This document shows positions 29,529-64,000 of a stretch of DNA of 64,000 nucleotides, one piece after another (position 1 is the stretch's first letter; each line of letters opens with the position of its first letter). This DNA is from Amoebidium appalachense (lineage: Eukaryota > Protista > Ichthyosporea): positions 2,943,572 through 3,007,571 of the forward strand of contig CAVNZM010000008.1 of assembly GCA_963693365.1 (NCBI GenBank), given 5' to 3'. The notes under the pieces were generated by a model. The model did no database searches. It was given only the letters and a program-made list of their open reading frames with translations, and was not told the origin of the DNA. A program made the position numbers and the translations under genes.

Positions 29529-31421
29529 ATGTCCGACCCAGTAGCTGATCAAACATGCATGTGTCCTGCGGGGGCACCATCACCCAAATCGAAATGGCCA
29601 CTTGCAAGATCACTAGAGAAAAAAAAATCAGACGGCTTGACCATAGATACCAAGGACTCTACCGCACACATACAGGAGCCTATCTGCTCCAACGAACCAA
29701 CCAAGACGGCACTCGAAGACCAGCCACTTCAACGTACTATCCTAAACAGCGGGCAGTCATTCATAGACGTGTACAAAAAGGGTGACGATAAATTGGCTGA
29801 TATTCCCGTTAAATATGTCACTCAGGGTCCAACAAGTCCAAAGTCTCTTCATGCTACGGAGTGTGACACAGAGTCTGTCCCGGCAAGCCCCACGGAAACG
29901 AAACCTCTGAATGCAAACAAAACTACGGGCGAACCTACAGCCTCACCACTTTCTGGAAGTGATCCCAGGCAGCTTTCGCGGATGCAAACGAAAATACGCA
30001 CAAGCACATCGGTGGCTTTCAAACAAGCACATCTTCACCAGTTTGAGCTCGTATTCCCCCAACTTCTCATCGACGGAGAGGAGGTGCTCACTACATCGGC
30101 GGCAACAATGAGGATCCAGTCACCCAAAGACATGCTCGTGTGGGGGCGGCTGTACATGACCAAAAACTTTCTCTGTTTCTCCGGGTCGCCATCAAACGGG
30201 AAACACTACGTGGAAGCCGTTCTCCTTCTGAGCGAACTTACACGCCTTCGTCTTATTGGCCTCAATCTCTATGCACGCCCATGCAACGACAAAACGATCA
30301 CATTCGTCCTTCTGAAAGCAGATGTAGCCACGAAAATTATGAAGATATGGAAACGTCTAAAGGGCGCTGGGGAGGATTCTGGGAAGGACATTGGTTCTCC
30401 AAAGAGTTTAGCAAGCGGCACGACGCCAGAGGAGATTTCTGACCACGAAGACGAGCAAGGTGATGATTCGGACCCCCTTACCGATGATATCACAGCTGCA
30501 CAATGCGGGTGCAAAACGCATTTTGACCACACCATGTTGGACCTTGATGTTGACGTTTCTTCGCTCGAGCTCTACAACTTACTCTTCGGGGAGAAATTTG
30601 AGTCTTTCGGCAAGCAACTCAAACTGGAGGCCGATTGCAGAGACTTGGTGATTGGCGACTGGGTCCACGTCGTCACCGAAAATCAACCCGGCGCGCCCAT
30701 CGAACATCGGATCAAAACACGGCTGCTGTCGTATGATTTTCCTCTTGGTAAAAACAAGATTGGGCCGTCGCGCACGTTGGTAAACGAGACGCAAGTGGTG
30801 ATGGTAGAAAACCGTGACAGCGGTGTTTTTGTTGTCCAGACGGAATCTATGACGCCAAACGTGACTATGGGTGATGCATGGTCCACGTGCACGCGCATGT
30901 GCATCACGCAAATTAAGCACAAGCGCTGCCATCTCCACGTCACTTTCGACGTCGTTTTCCATCGAAACGTGTGGCCAATTCAGAGGGCAGTCAAGAGCAT
31001 GGCTATTGCGGGGATGAAGGAAAGCATCACTGCGCTATTGTCGAAACTCACAAGTTTGGTCAGCGGCGGACAGCAAGTGGCGCCCGTTAACACACAGACA
31101 CACGGGGCTGAAGGGAAAATCTGTGATGTGAAGGAAAATAAGCAGGAAGTGACCGATGTAACCAAAGCGGGCGGAGTGAAACAGGGCCTTTCGGGCCTTT
31201 GGGAGATGTTTCCCACCCAGGATGTTTACTCTGCTGCCGGGAGAGTTTCACAGGCTGTTGCTCATCACCTTGGCAATATGGTCAAACGGTTGGCTGGGCA
31301 GTTTGCTCAACAGCCAATGCAAGCGAGTTTTCTGATGGTGTTGCTCTTGCTAAATATTTGGCTGTATTTGCGCGTGCTCTCTTTAGAGGAGAGAATGGCA
31401 AGCTTCACTGTGCATAAGTAG
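29529..31421 (+). CDS. GRAM + VASt (StART-like) domain protein with C-terminal TM helix; Aster/GRAMD1/Lam family sterol-transfer protein
   Basis: Uninterrupted ORF of about 630 aa: GRAM motif WGRLYMTKNFLCFSG, VASt motifs ELYNLLFG and TPNVTMGDAWSTCTRMCI, hydrophobic FLMVLLLLNIWLYLRVLSLEE. A TTGCAG acceptor just before the ATG suggests an upstream exon. Confidence 0.9.
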   Translation: MSDPVADQTCMCPAGAPSPKSKWPLARSLEKKKSDGLTIDTKDSTAHIQEPICSNEPTKTALEDQPLQRTILNSGQSFIDVYKKGDDKLADIPVKYVTQGPTSPKSLHATECDTESVPASPTETKPLNANKTTGEPTASPLSGSDPRQLSRMQTKIRTSTSVAFKQAHLHQFELVFPQLLIDGEEVLTTSAATMRIQSPKDMLVWGRLYMTKNFLCFSGSPSNGKHYVEAVLLLSELTRLRLIGLNLYARPCNDKTITFVLLKADVATKIMKIWKRLKGAGEDSGKDIGSPKSLASGTTPEEISDHEDEQGDDSDPLTDDITAAQCGCKTHFDHTMLDLDVDVSSLELYNLLFGEKFESFGKQLKLEADCRDLVIGDWVHVVTENQPGAPIEHRIKTRLLSYDFPLGKNKIGPSRTLVNETQVVMVENRDSGVFVVQTESMTPNVTMGDAWSTCTRMCITQIKHKRCHLHVTFDVVFHRNVWPIQRAVKSMAIAGMKESITALLSKLTSLVSGGQQVAPVNTQTHGAEGKICDVKENKQEVTDVTKAGGVKQGLSGLWEMFPTQDVYSAAGRVSQAVAHHLGNMVKRLAGQFAQQPMQASFLMVLLLLNIWLYLRVLSLEERMASFTVHK

Positions 31422-31839
31422 AAACCAAGGAGGACATTTGAAAATCATTATGTGAGGCTATTAGAGGCAAATAATATTTCGGGAGTGCCATTAATATCGA
31501 TGGAAATGAACTACTTTGATTGGTTAGTAATCCTCACGGGGGTATCGCAGTGGGTATCGCACGGTTTCATAGGAAATCAAAAAATTGGATCTTAGGAATC
31601 ATTTTCAATATATTTGGCAATAGTGGGCAGGGTGGTTATGCCACGATTATGTGCTTTTGTGGGTCAAAGGCACTGATAGCCAGGTTCAGTGCATATGCAA
31701 CCTAACGTTTGTACCAGACGGCCTATGAAACAGCTGTGTTGAATCATAAAAAACTTTGGAGGCCGGTTCCGTACAACGATTTCACTTGCCAATGGTTCAA
31801 CTAGTTTAAATTGCTAAATCCATTCACACGGATTTAGAA

Positions 31840-32070
31840 CTCTTTCTTTTCCTCCCTTTCTCTCTCTCTCTCTCTCTCTCTCTTTCTCCCCCCACGGCCC
31901 CCCCTTTCCCCCTGAGGCTCCCCCCAGGGCCTCTAGATCTCCCTCTGGCTATCTATCTCTCTCTCTCTCTCTCACTATGCCCCCCCCCCCCTCCCCGCCC
32001 CAGCCCCCCTCCCCCCCTCTCTTCTCTCTCTCGCACGCGCGCCCTCTCTCTCTCTATCTCTCTCTCTTCT

Positions 32071-32101
<31 letters not shown>

Positions 32102-32182
32102 CCCCCCCCTCCCCCCCCCCCCCCCCCCCCTTTCTCTTTCCCTATCTTTCTCTTGCTCTCTTGCTCGCTTCACACTCTCTCC

Positions 32183-32215
<33 letters not shown>

Positions 32216-33050
32216 TTCTCTGCCCCCCCTCCCCCTCAAAGGGCTCTCTTCTCTCTCTTCTCTCTCTCCCTCCCTCCCTCACACCCCTCCCCCCTCCCTC
32301 CCTCCCTACCCCCCCCTTCCCCCGCCTCCCCTCTCTGTCTCTCTCTGGTCCTCTGTCTCCCTCCCTCCCCCACCCCTCTCCATCCCCCTCCACCTCCTCT
32401 CTCTCTCTGCCTGCCTGCCTGTCTGTCTATTTGTCCCTCACTTCCCCACCCCTTGCACACTCTCCTCCCCCCCTCCCCCCACTTTCCGGTCCCCCCCCCC
32501 CCCCCCCCCCCTTCCCCCGGCCCTCGGCCACCCCCCCCACCCCCCCTCTCTCACCTCCCTCCCTCTCTCTCCTTCTAGCTCACCGTGACCCTCCCTCCCT
32601 CCCTCTGTCTCTCTCTCTTTTCTCTGTCCCCCCCCATCTCTCCCTCCATCCCTCCCTACCTCCCCCCCCCTCCGCCTCCCTCTCTCACTCCTCTCGAGAT
32701 CTCGCTCTCTCTCTCACTCACTTTCACTCTCTCTGTCTCTCCTCCCCACCTTCCCCATCAACTACAGATCCCTCTCTCTCTATATATAAATATCATGATA
32801 TCTTCCTCTTTCTCTATTTCTCTCCTATATATCCATATCTCTTTCTCTGGATCCCTCTCTCTAGATCTTTCTATCCTTTCTAGATCTCTAGATCCCTCTC
32901 TCAGGCTAGATATCTCCCTCTCTCTCTTCTCTTTCTCTCTCTCCTGTCCCTCTCTCCCTCTAGATCTATATTCCTCTAAATCCCTCACACTGCTAGATCT
33001 CTCTCTATCCTTCTCTGTACCTCTTGCTTACATTCGAGACTCTCGCCCCC
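31840..33050. repeat. 1.2-kb polypyrimidine (CT/C-rich) low-complexity block
   Basis: Strongly C/T-rich on the + strand, with recurring CTAGAT(C) motifs at about 32860-33000. Confidence 0.9.
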
Positions 33051-33701
33051 TCGAAACGTTTCCTCTGTATCTGTCTCGGCATACACAAATACACGGGGAA
33101 ATACACACCTCACCCCCTGATTCACCAACCCCAGTCAGCCAGTGTGACGTGAGCAAATATCACAGGATGACGAGCCTCGAGGCGGTTAGGCCGAGACTCG
33201 GGGATACTCTACTGTGTCGTAATCAATGTGTAGAATAAATTACAAACAGTATTTTTTATAGTTTTCTATCAACGCTAACAGCTTTTAAGAATTCTACAAT
33301 GCAGTATAGGTAGACCGAAACACCGCAACACCGGGGTCTAATATATATATCGCAAATGCGTCGGCTGAATCCCTTTTTCCTTGATTGCTTTGCCCCCCTC
33401 CAACCTTCTTTAGATATGAGCCAATCAACGCAAAGATCCACACTCCCTGCTGAGGTATATAAACGGGAAAAGCCACCTTACAACTTGTACAGTCAAGTTC
33501 TGCATTTGTTGGTCAGAAGGCTTTTGAGAACGATTCTTGTCTTAAAACATTCTGAAGGTCAACAACCTCATTCAGCTAGGTTTTTAGCGTAACCTCTTAT
33601 TTGTTTCTGGCTTCCAAGAAGTTTTCTATACTCGGTTTTTATTATCTGATTCTTTGGAAGGTTATTTTGATACCACTTACGATAGAGCTTCGTCAAGCAA
33701 A

Positions 33702-47151
<13,450 letters not shown>

Positions 47152-47180
47152 ATGTGGGTGTTTTTCTTTCTTTTTTTTTT

Positions 47181-47231
<51 letters not shown>

Positions 47232-47706
47232 ATACGCATGGTGTAGAGTTGACTTTGTGATGCCACGGTACATGAAGTGTGTTCAGTTGCCAAAGATTTA
47301 GTAGAGACTGGCTGAGCTCTGTTTAGTGTTCTAAACGGTTGGGAGGGTGTATGGATGATGTTGCGGATATGTGACATTGTTTTTGAGTGTGTCCGGTTTA
47401 GAAACATGTGGGAGACACGGTGGGCCGGTTGGTATTTGCTGTTGTGGTGATTCAAATGCATGAAAAGAGGGCTTTGCGAGTTTGCATTTGTTAGTGGATG
47501 AATTTCCTTAGAGTTGTGATGACCGTTTGGATGAAAATGTTTCGAAAATCGACAAAATTAATATGCCGTCGGGTTCTTGTAAGGCTGTGGCTCAAGGAAT
47601 TTTTTTTTCCTCGACCCAATGGCATGACAAACATGTGCGTATGTACATGTGTACATGCAACCCTATCTATGTACATGTGATTTTTTTGTGTATTTTATGT
47701 GTATTT

Positions 47707-47830
47707 CTGGTCCAGTTTTGGCGTGTGGCAGGAGCATGCTCTTCATACTGAACCGTATACGTAAGCTTTCCGGCAGCCCGTACTACATTCATATTATCGG
47801 CCACAACCAACACAAACACGATCCTGGGTT
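47707..47830 (-). pseudogene. Degenerate paralogous fragment of the secreted Cys-rich gene's first exon
   Basis: Translates ...TVQYEEHAPATRQNWT, against QVQYEECSPEPATRQNWT at about 50313-50370. Shares the DNA strings CTGGTCCAGTTTTGGCG and CTCTTCATACTGAAC. Confidence 0.7.
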
Positions 47831-47850
47831 ATGTCTCCACCTTGGGGTTG

Positions 47851-47879
47851 GGAGGGGTATTAAGCGCAAAAGGGGGTTG

Positions 47880-47913
<34 letters not shown>

Positions 47914-47986
47914 GGCGCGGGGGGGGGGGGGGGGGGGGGGGGGGGGGTAGGAGGGGTATTAAGTGCAGAAGGGGTTTGGGTACTTT

Positions 47987-48017
<31 letters not shown>

Positions 48018-48020
48018 GGG
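47851..48020. repeat. Imperfect tandem duplication (GGAGGGGTATTAAG...poly-T poly-G)
   Basis: Two copies starting at about 47851 and 47950. Confidence 0.8.
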
Positions 48021-48189
48021 ATGTTTGGGGGCTTTCTGGTTTTGAGGGGGGGGGAGGGGGGGGGGGAGAAGTTGGCGGGAGGTGGGGGGGGGGGAGGGGG
48101 GAAGGGGGGAGGGGGGTAGGGAGTCGTCCTGGTCTATGGGGCAAGGAGAGAAAGTGCTGGCGGTAAGGGAAGGGGTGGGTGGGTGGGTT

Positions 48190-48249
<60 letters not shown>

Positions 48250-48311
48250 AGCAAGGATGGGGGAGGGGACTCCGGACAATCACACCCTTTGTGTATTTTT
48301 TAGCCGGCCGA

Positions 48312-48754
48312 TCAATATGGGTCCAAGAGCCAGGAGTAGAGGTAGCAGATGTTGCCGAAGAATTCAAAGTCGATCAGCACAGCGTGCTTGCACTTGGGGT
48401 TAGCCATGCAGTTACTTTCACACTGCTACTGGTTGAAGAAGGACTGGCCTAGGTTGTCGAATCGGTTGTTCACGATCCCACGCTGTCCCTCGTTCTCCCC
48501 TGCAGGTATAACGGGGCGAATATATGGTTGAGTGTGTCGTGAGTCCCCCTTCCCGAAACCCCGTTCAAGTTGTTGCCTTTTGTTGCAGGGAAGAGGGAGA
48601 AGGGGTAGGGGGGAGGGGAAGGGGGGAGGGGAGGGGGGAGGGGGAAGGGGAAGGTTTGAAAAGACTCTGAGTCTGAGGTCTGTCAGAGGGTGGCCGCAAG
48701 ACGTTAGAGAAGAATCGGGCAAACAGTTTCGGGGAGCCTCTGGGAGATATCGTA

Positions 48755-48820
<66 letters not shown>

Positions 48821-48916
48821 AGCAGCGGACATGGGCTCAGAGAGGGAGCCCGGGAAGGAAAAAAATAGACCATACAAGATGTGGGGGGTTGGGGGGAAGG
48901 GGCGGGGGGTGGTGGT

Positions 48917-48961
<45 letters not shown>

Positions 48962-50455
48962 TGGGAGGGAAGGGGTTGCGTACAGATCGACTTGGTGCAG
49001 TCCGTAGGGGTTGCAGTCGGCTCAGGAGCAGACGTGTATGTGGTGGGTGGGAAGTGGACTGGAAAAAAAGGGGGTGTGAGCTTCCTCTGTACGTCCTCAT
49101 CGGCAAATGGACACCTCGACAGCCAAGCTATTATAAGAGCAAATAGTTTCAATTATCATCGAATGCTTTCGAATATTGGTTACAGTAGCGCTGTGCAAGT
49201 TTTTAGAAGTTATTCGGAGAGCTTTGTATGCGCACGGGGAACGGTCTGAAGGATTCAAAAACGATAGGCAGCCTGCTGTTCAACGCTTTTCCATGTGGTT
49301 GAATACATTATGCCCGTAATACATTATACTGTACGCGACTAAAACAAAGCTGAATAGAGGGTTCTGAAAACTTTGAAACGAACACAAGGAAAGAGAGAGA
49401 GGTGGAAAGGGAAAAATCACATTCGCAAAAACGATTGAAGGGCATAGTACATACTGTATTAGATGTGTGGGCAGCTGGTGGTCCCCTCGCCTCTCATCAG
49501 CGTCTGCTCGCACTTTGTTGCCCCCTCCTTTTTTCCCTCCAAAAACCGTCCCTCTTTGCTGCCCCTTGCCGTTGCAGAGCAGATACGGTAGATGGAGCCC
49601 GTGAGACAGCTGTGTGCCGGGGTAAGGGTTTGAGTTATATCGTAGCACACAAGTCGTACTATACATGCATGCATTTTCGGTTTTTTTTTCTTTTTTTTTC
49701 TGCTAATTGTGATCAATGTCGGACCATTCTGTCCAAAGTTTCTATAATTGAGGAGCAAAATATCCCGATGGAGACATTGAAAAAGAGAGTGTGGTATGCC
49801 AACTAACCAAGAGCTTTTAATGATGTATCATCCTTCGAACAAAAGAAAAGAGAGAAGAAAATGTGAGCAACACACGGCTTCAGCACATTTCCCTTACAAC
49901 CACACAGGCCCAGACGGTAACCATTGCACACAGACTGAGTCACAAAACGCAAACTAAACACGGTGTGCACAGGTGTTTGAAGCTTTCCAAAACGATAATA
50001 AACATCACAAGAAAACACTTACAATGCCGACCCCTCAGCGTGAATCTTCCCATCTGTATCCACACACCGCACAGACGATGCAACCGTGTCCATCAGGCCA
50101 GGGCACATGACCATCGGCCAGGGCCACTGTTCCGTCTCGCACGTGAAGCGATCATCGTCCAAACCGCACTTAGACAAGTACTCACACCCATACTTGCCCT
50201 TGTAGTAGCATTCCTCCGGTGACTTTGCATCCTTGCACGCAATGCACTTGCAGTAATGAGCAGACCGTCCGTACTCCCCTCGTTGCCCGTGCTCCCCCAG
50301 CACCCATATGCGCTGGTCCAGTTTTGGCGAGTAGCAGGCTCTGGGGAACACTCTTCATACTGAACTTGTACTTCACCGGAGTCCATAGGTGCAGCGATAG
50401 CAAGACCCGCGAGAAGGCATGCAGCCGCAAGAACATTGACTGTGAGTAAAAACAT
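48312..50455 (-). pseudogene. Secreted cysteine-rich protein with a P/T linker and PAN/apple-like C-terminus, disrupted by 1 frameshift and 2 in-frame stops
   Basis: Phase-compatible exons 50023-50455, 49455-49609, 48984-49058 and 48312-48499. Signal peptide MFLLTVNVLAAACLLAGLAIA; Cys-rich YCKCIACK...CYYKGKYGCEYLSKC; C-terminus CESNCMANPKCKHAVL...ICYLY. Lesions: frame change in a G-run at about 50275-50300, TAA at 49459-49461, TAG at 48426-48428. Confidence 0.6.
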
Positions 50456-51820
50456 GGTGGTTACTCTGGCTGCGACGAAGGATGCGGTGGCCATTCCTAT
50501 GTAGTGCTGCCGATGGTTCAAGTGATGAAGGTTTTGGATTTTTATGGGTGTGAGGTGCGACCCGACCCCTTGAAGCAACGGTTGTTATCTATTTACAACT
50601 GCATGAATATAGTACGTGTGTGACATGTGTGAGATGTGTTCTATGGCATTTTTACGTTCATGCACGAGTTGCAAGACACAACTGTATGTGCTGAAGTGTC
50701 ACAGAAGTATCCATCTAGATAACCAAATAACTTCCCAGGGATGCCGAACACGTGTACGCTCATTTACGTTTCACACCTGTCAGAACAGAACGAAAATGTA
50801 ATAACTCTTTCCTGGGGGGTTTCCCTAACTAATATTAATATGTAAGGTGGGTAATCATGGTCGTTGTGTATGAAAAATCGTGATTATGTATCACATGGTG
50901 CTGTTGTGTAACTGACATTTTCGTGTTTTATTGCTGAGGGGGCTAGGTCGACGTTTAACGAAAGACTCGGAGTGTGGCACCAGAATTCTAATGAAAGGGG
51001 TCGATATGTGCTACTTAATGGTAGTCATCTCTTCGTAGCGTGAGCATGATTAATATGTGCTGCGACTTACAAAGAGCATGTACATATGTATGTGCATCAT
51101 ACAGTAGAGTGGCGTGGACAGTAGCGGGCACAGCACCAGAAGACTAGTGATAGCCCAGCCTCCCGACCGTCCCAGGCCGCCGGGGGTCTTTCGAGACAGA
51201 GGTTCATCCCAACCAGCCCCCTCCCTTCCCCCCTTTCCGTCCTTTCTCCCCCCCCTCCCCTCCCCCCCCCCCCCCCCCCCCTTTTCCCTCCCTGCCCGCA
51301 CCCTCCTTCCCTCACTCCCTCCCTCCCACCCTCCCTCCCTTGCCCCTCTCCACCCCTCCCTCCCTCTATCCCTCCCTTGCGGTTCCTCCGCACCCTGAAA
51401 CCCCACACCAGGATGTACGTACGCACACAGACACTTTCAATATTATATCTCTAAGACAGTCTGGCACACGCTTTTGTATAAAAACCACGCCACCTCCCCC
51501 CCCCCCCCCCCCCCCCCCCCCGCCTTCCTGTCCCCTCCACCCTCCCCCCCCCCCCCCCCTCCCCCCTCCCCTTCCACCGCTACACTCCTATCCCCCTTCC
51601 TCCTCTCTCTCTCCCCCCCCCCCCCCCCCCTCCCGCCCCTCCCCCTCTCCCCCACCTCCACGCCTCTTCTCCCTTTTCCACCATGTCCTGTTATGTCGAT
51701 CATAGCACTCTCTCTCTCTCTGAATATCATGCATGTTTACACTGCCTTACCGCGCGTGCGCTGTGTGTGTGCGCGTGTGTTGGGCGTGCCCGCATGTCTG
51801 AGACTCTCTGTCTACCTATC

Positions 51821-51890
<70 letters not shown>

Positions 51891-51964
51891 CCTCCCTCTC
51901 TCTCCCTCTCTCTCTCTCTCTCTCACTGTGTGTGTGTGTGTGTGTGTGTGCGTGTGTGTGGGTA

Positions 51965-52057
<93 letters not shown>

Positions 52058-52864
52058 TGCTGTTGAGTCAGGTTTACCTTGTCCATTTTACCCCCCAACA
52101 GCTAATAAGGCCGTGCATACACACACAGACTTACAGAACAGCATAAGCATACAAACACACACACGCACGCGCACGCGCACGCGCATGCAACACACACACA
52201 CACAGACAGACACGCACACACACACACGCGCGCGCGCGCGCGCATCATGTGACACACAAGGAAACTTCCTGCACAAAGATACCGTACTCACATGATTATG
52301 TTCAGGGGGAATGATAAAGAGCATTTAAGCTGGTAGGACTGGTGAAAGGACCCAGAGCTAAATCTGTAAATTTAATATTAGTTATGGTGGCCGTTGTCCT
52401 GTGTTGGTGCATAATGGCACCATACATATTACTACATGATTTTGCTAGGGTGCATTCGTTGCAATGTGGAAGGCAGGGCTCAGGGCAAACCCGGGACGTC
52501 CATTGGTATACAAGGAAGCCTTATTACGATCATGAGATCGTGAGCCTATTACACTCTACGCGATGGAGTTGGGGAAGGGGGAGGGAGGGGAAGAGGGGGG
52601 GGGGGGGGGGGGGGGGGGGGGGAGGGAGGATGAATGTAACGGATTTCTTAAAAACCCGAAAAGAACGTTTGTGAAATCCATCGTTAACAATATGGTTTCT
52701 TTTTTCAAAATCACCCCACTCTCTCAGAAGTTAACGTTCTCTTATATTCTCTGCTCTTGGAGTCTTGGAGTTGCCTAGGCGGAGGGTGCAAAACGGGGGG
52801 GGGGGGGGGGGGGGAGGAGGGAAGAGGCAGGAAGGGGAAGGGGAGGGCGGGGGGAGGGGATCCC

Positions 52865-52896
<32 letters not shown>

Positions 52897-53100
52897 CTGA
52901 GTTTGAAGAGTTGGAGCCTCCCTGAGAGCTTCTTGGTGGAGTTTTCTTTGCGAAAAAAAAAAAGGGAGAACGGGGGATGATCCCGGGCTAGTTCTAGCGC
53001 TGCCACCAGCACAAACACTTTAAAGGGTCAACAGCGTGCTGAACACAACAACGGACACCGAATCGAACAAGCACATACGTACACAAACATCCCTCGATAT

Positions 53101-53136
<36 letters not shown>

Positions 53137-53794
53137 AGGGGGCGGAGTCCAACCACACCATGTGCCATTGTGGGTGCAACCAACACCAACACCCTCATCA
53201 CCACTCACACAACCACACAGAGCCTCATTCAATGCATCAGATGGACACAGACTCTCATACACATGCATTCATAGTTATACCCCTAATCCACATGCACCCC
53301 ACGCCTTTAGGGGCTCCCCCCCCCCCCCCCCCCCCCCCCCTTCCCCCGCCCCCACCACCGCCACCAACCCAGCCCAGCCAACACGCACACGCACACACAC
53401 ACACACATGAACACACACATCCACACACACACCCACGTTCACGTAGGCGCACACACATACGCACAAAAAACATCGTCCACCCTTCAACAGTGCTAGCATT
53501 CACTTTCCCACAAATCGTTTCTATCTCATCAGGTCATGCACATACCCTCAGTCAGACTCCCCTCCTCTCCTCCTCCCCCCACCCCTCCCTTCCCCCTTCT
53601 CCCTGTCCCCCCCCCCCCCCCCCTCCCCCCCCCCCCCCCCCCCCCCATCCCCCCCCCGGGCCCCCCATAAAAATGACAAAATCAAAATAAGAACAAAATG
53701 TACCCTCCCCCCCCCCCCCCTTTCCGGGAAAAAAAAAAGAAAAGAAAAAAGAAAAAAAAAAGCTTCCCACAAAGGCATATAGATCCAACTTGAA

Positions 53795-55117
<1,323 letters not shown>

Positions 55118-55339
55118 TTATTCAACCGCAAGAAGCGGGCTGATAGTGCATATGCAGCAAATGCTACGTAGCACACTACCGCACACGAGGCAGGACTTTT
55201 TTTTCTTTTTTTTTTTTTCTTGCATGCTGTCAGTGCCAAAAGCAAGGATCCGGAACACGAACACGAGCGACCTCGATACTAACTCAACGACATTATCGGG
55301 TGACTTGCTAGTATCGAGGTACGATCCGATTCGCTCGTT

Positions 55340-55361
55340 TTTGGCGCCAAATTAGCCCAAT
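55340..55361. promoter_or_regulatory. Palindromic E2F site plus CCAAT in the bidirectional ZCCHC24/RFC5 promoter
   Basis: TTTGGCGCCAAA at 55340-55351 and CCAAT at 55357-55361, between ATGs about 710 bp apart. Confidence 0.65.
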
Positions 55362-55738
55362 CAGCGTATTTCTCTGTTTCCAGTTCCCCATACACTTGAA
55401 GAAGCGCGATGCGAAAGGGAAAAGAAAACACAACTTCTACATACTGCAAACATAGCAAAGAAACAAGCACATGCAGTGAAATATTTTTTTCGTTTTGCGG
55501 TAAAAAAGCTATTACAATTACCAGCTACAACGTTTTAAATATATAAGAATTTGACGTTTGTTTTCCTGACAAAGCCTTCGCACACGAGTGAAAATTTCGT
55601 CTAAACCAACGCTGCTGTCTACCTTTTTCCTTCCATTCCCAGCGGTCAAAAAGGGCTCTTAATCAGTATACTGAAGTGCCTTTTCACTCCCTTTCTGTAA
55701 ACCTCTTTTTTCAGCCCTCTAAGTCTATAAACAGAGTT

Positions 55739-63329
<7,591 letters not shown>

Positions 63330-63439
63330 CACACACACGCACACACATGCGCGCACACACACACGCTCTGTGACACACACACGCACACACACGCACACAC
63401 ACATGCACACACACACACACACACACACGCACACACACA

Positions 63440-63558
<119 letters not shown>

Positions 63559-63913
63559 CTGTGGTAGTTGTGCGCACGAGGACACGTGTACACATTGGGC
63601 ATACACGCAGATCAAGCACGGACAGGCATGTTTCATTTATTCACTGAATCCAATTTACGGTTCTGTACATCCCAGACCACATCATCTGGATGTCGCACAC
63701 ATCTGTTCCAGCGACTAGAAATTTTAGTTAACCACCATGATATCGATTATGCAGCATACATGTAATAGTTCTACTGACGGGGCATGTGGCAGGTGCACAT
63801 GTGTGCAATTCGGGATGAACCACCTGACAGTGTTCGCCACGTGTGGCTTCCCTTTTCCTTTTTTTTTTCTTTTAATCTTTTAGGTGTGTGTGTTGTGGTG
63901 GTTGGGGGTGGGG

Positions 63914-63948
<35 letters not shown>

Positions 63949-63957
63949 GGGGGGGGG

Positions 63958-63997
<40 letters not shown>

Positions 63998-64000
63998 GAC

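Noticed and set aside
48312-49461. TAA/TAG reassigned to an amino acid
   Set aside because: EF1A, MCM3 and RFC5 end in TAA and the VASt gene in TAG at the expected positions, and conserved exons have no internal TAR.
52342-52674. 110-aa ORF with a hydrophobic N-terminus
   Set aside because: No ATG at the called start, it runs into poly-G, and no recognisable homology.

Overview
Eukaryotic, intron-dense genomic DNA from an opisthokont: EF-1alpha carries the animal/fungal insertion ([16 protein letters not shown]). A ZCCHC24-like gene and E2F/CCAAT promoter motifs suggest a unicellular holozoan such as an ichthyosporean (inference). Most ORFs in the supplied track are artefacts of poly-G/C, (GT)n and (CT)n tracts. 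Gene models built by hand from GT-AG sites and phase continuity: a partial unknown gene (- strand, left edge), EF1A (+), MCM3 (-, 23 exons), an intronless GRAM+VASt/Aster lipid-transfer gene (+), a copine (+, 14 exons), a disrupted secreted Cys-rich/PAN-like gene with a small paralogous fragment (-), a short ZCCHC24-like 3CxxC gene (-) and RFC5 (+, 10 exons). The most interesting signals are non-genic. (1) A dispersed repeat family of about 20 copies shares a 3' end running into poly(C), varies in 5' extent, keeps an ORF end (DD[LV]GPP*), and lies almost always in the host-gene sense orientation; it is a candidate poly(C)-tailed or poly(C)-targeting non-LTR retroelement. (2) An 8 x 40-bp tandem array is built from an MCM3 intron/exon junction and creates seven decoy acceptors; two other 3' splice signals in the window are also duplicated. 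(3) A non-autonomous hAT element has TIRs and a perfect 8-bp TSD. All coordinates were read by eye and no database searches were run.
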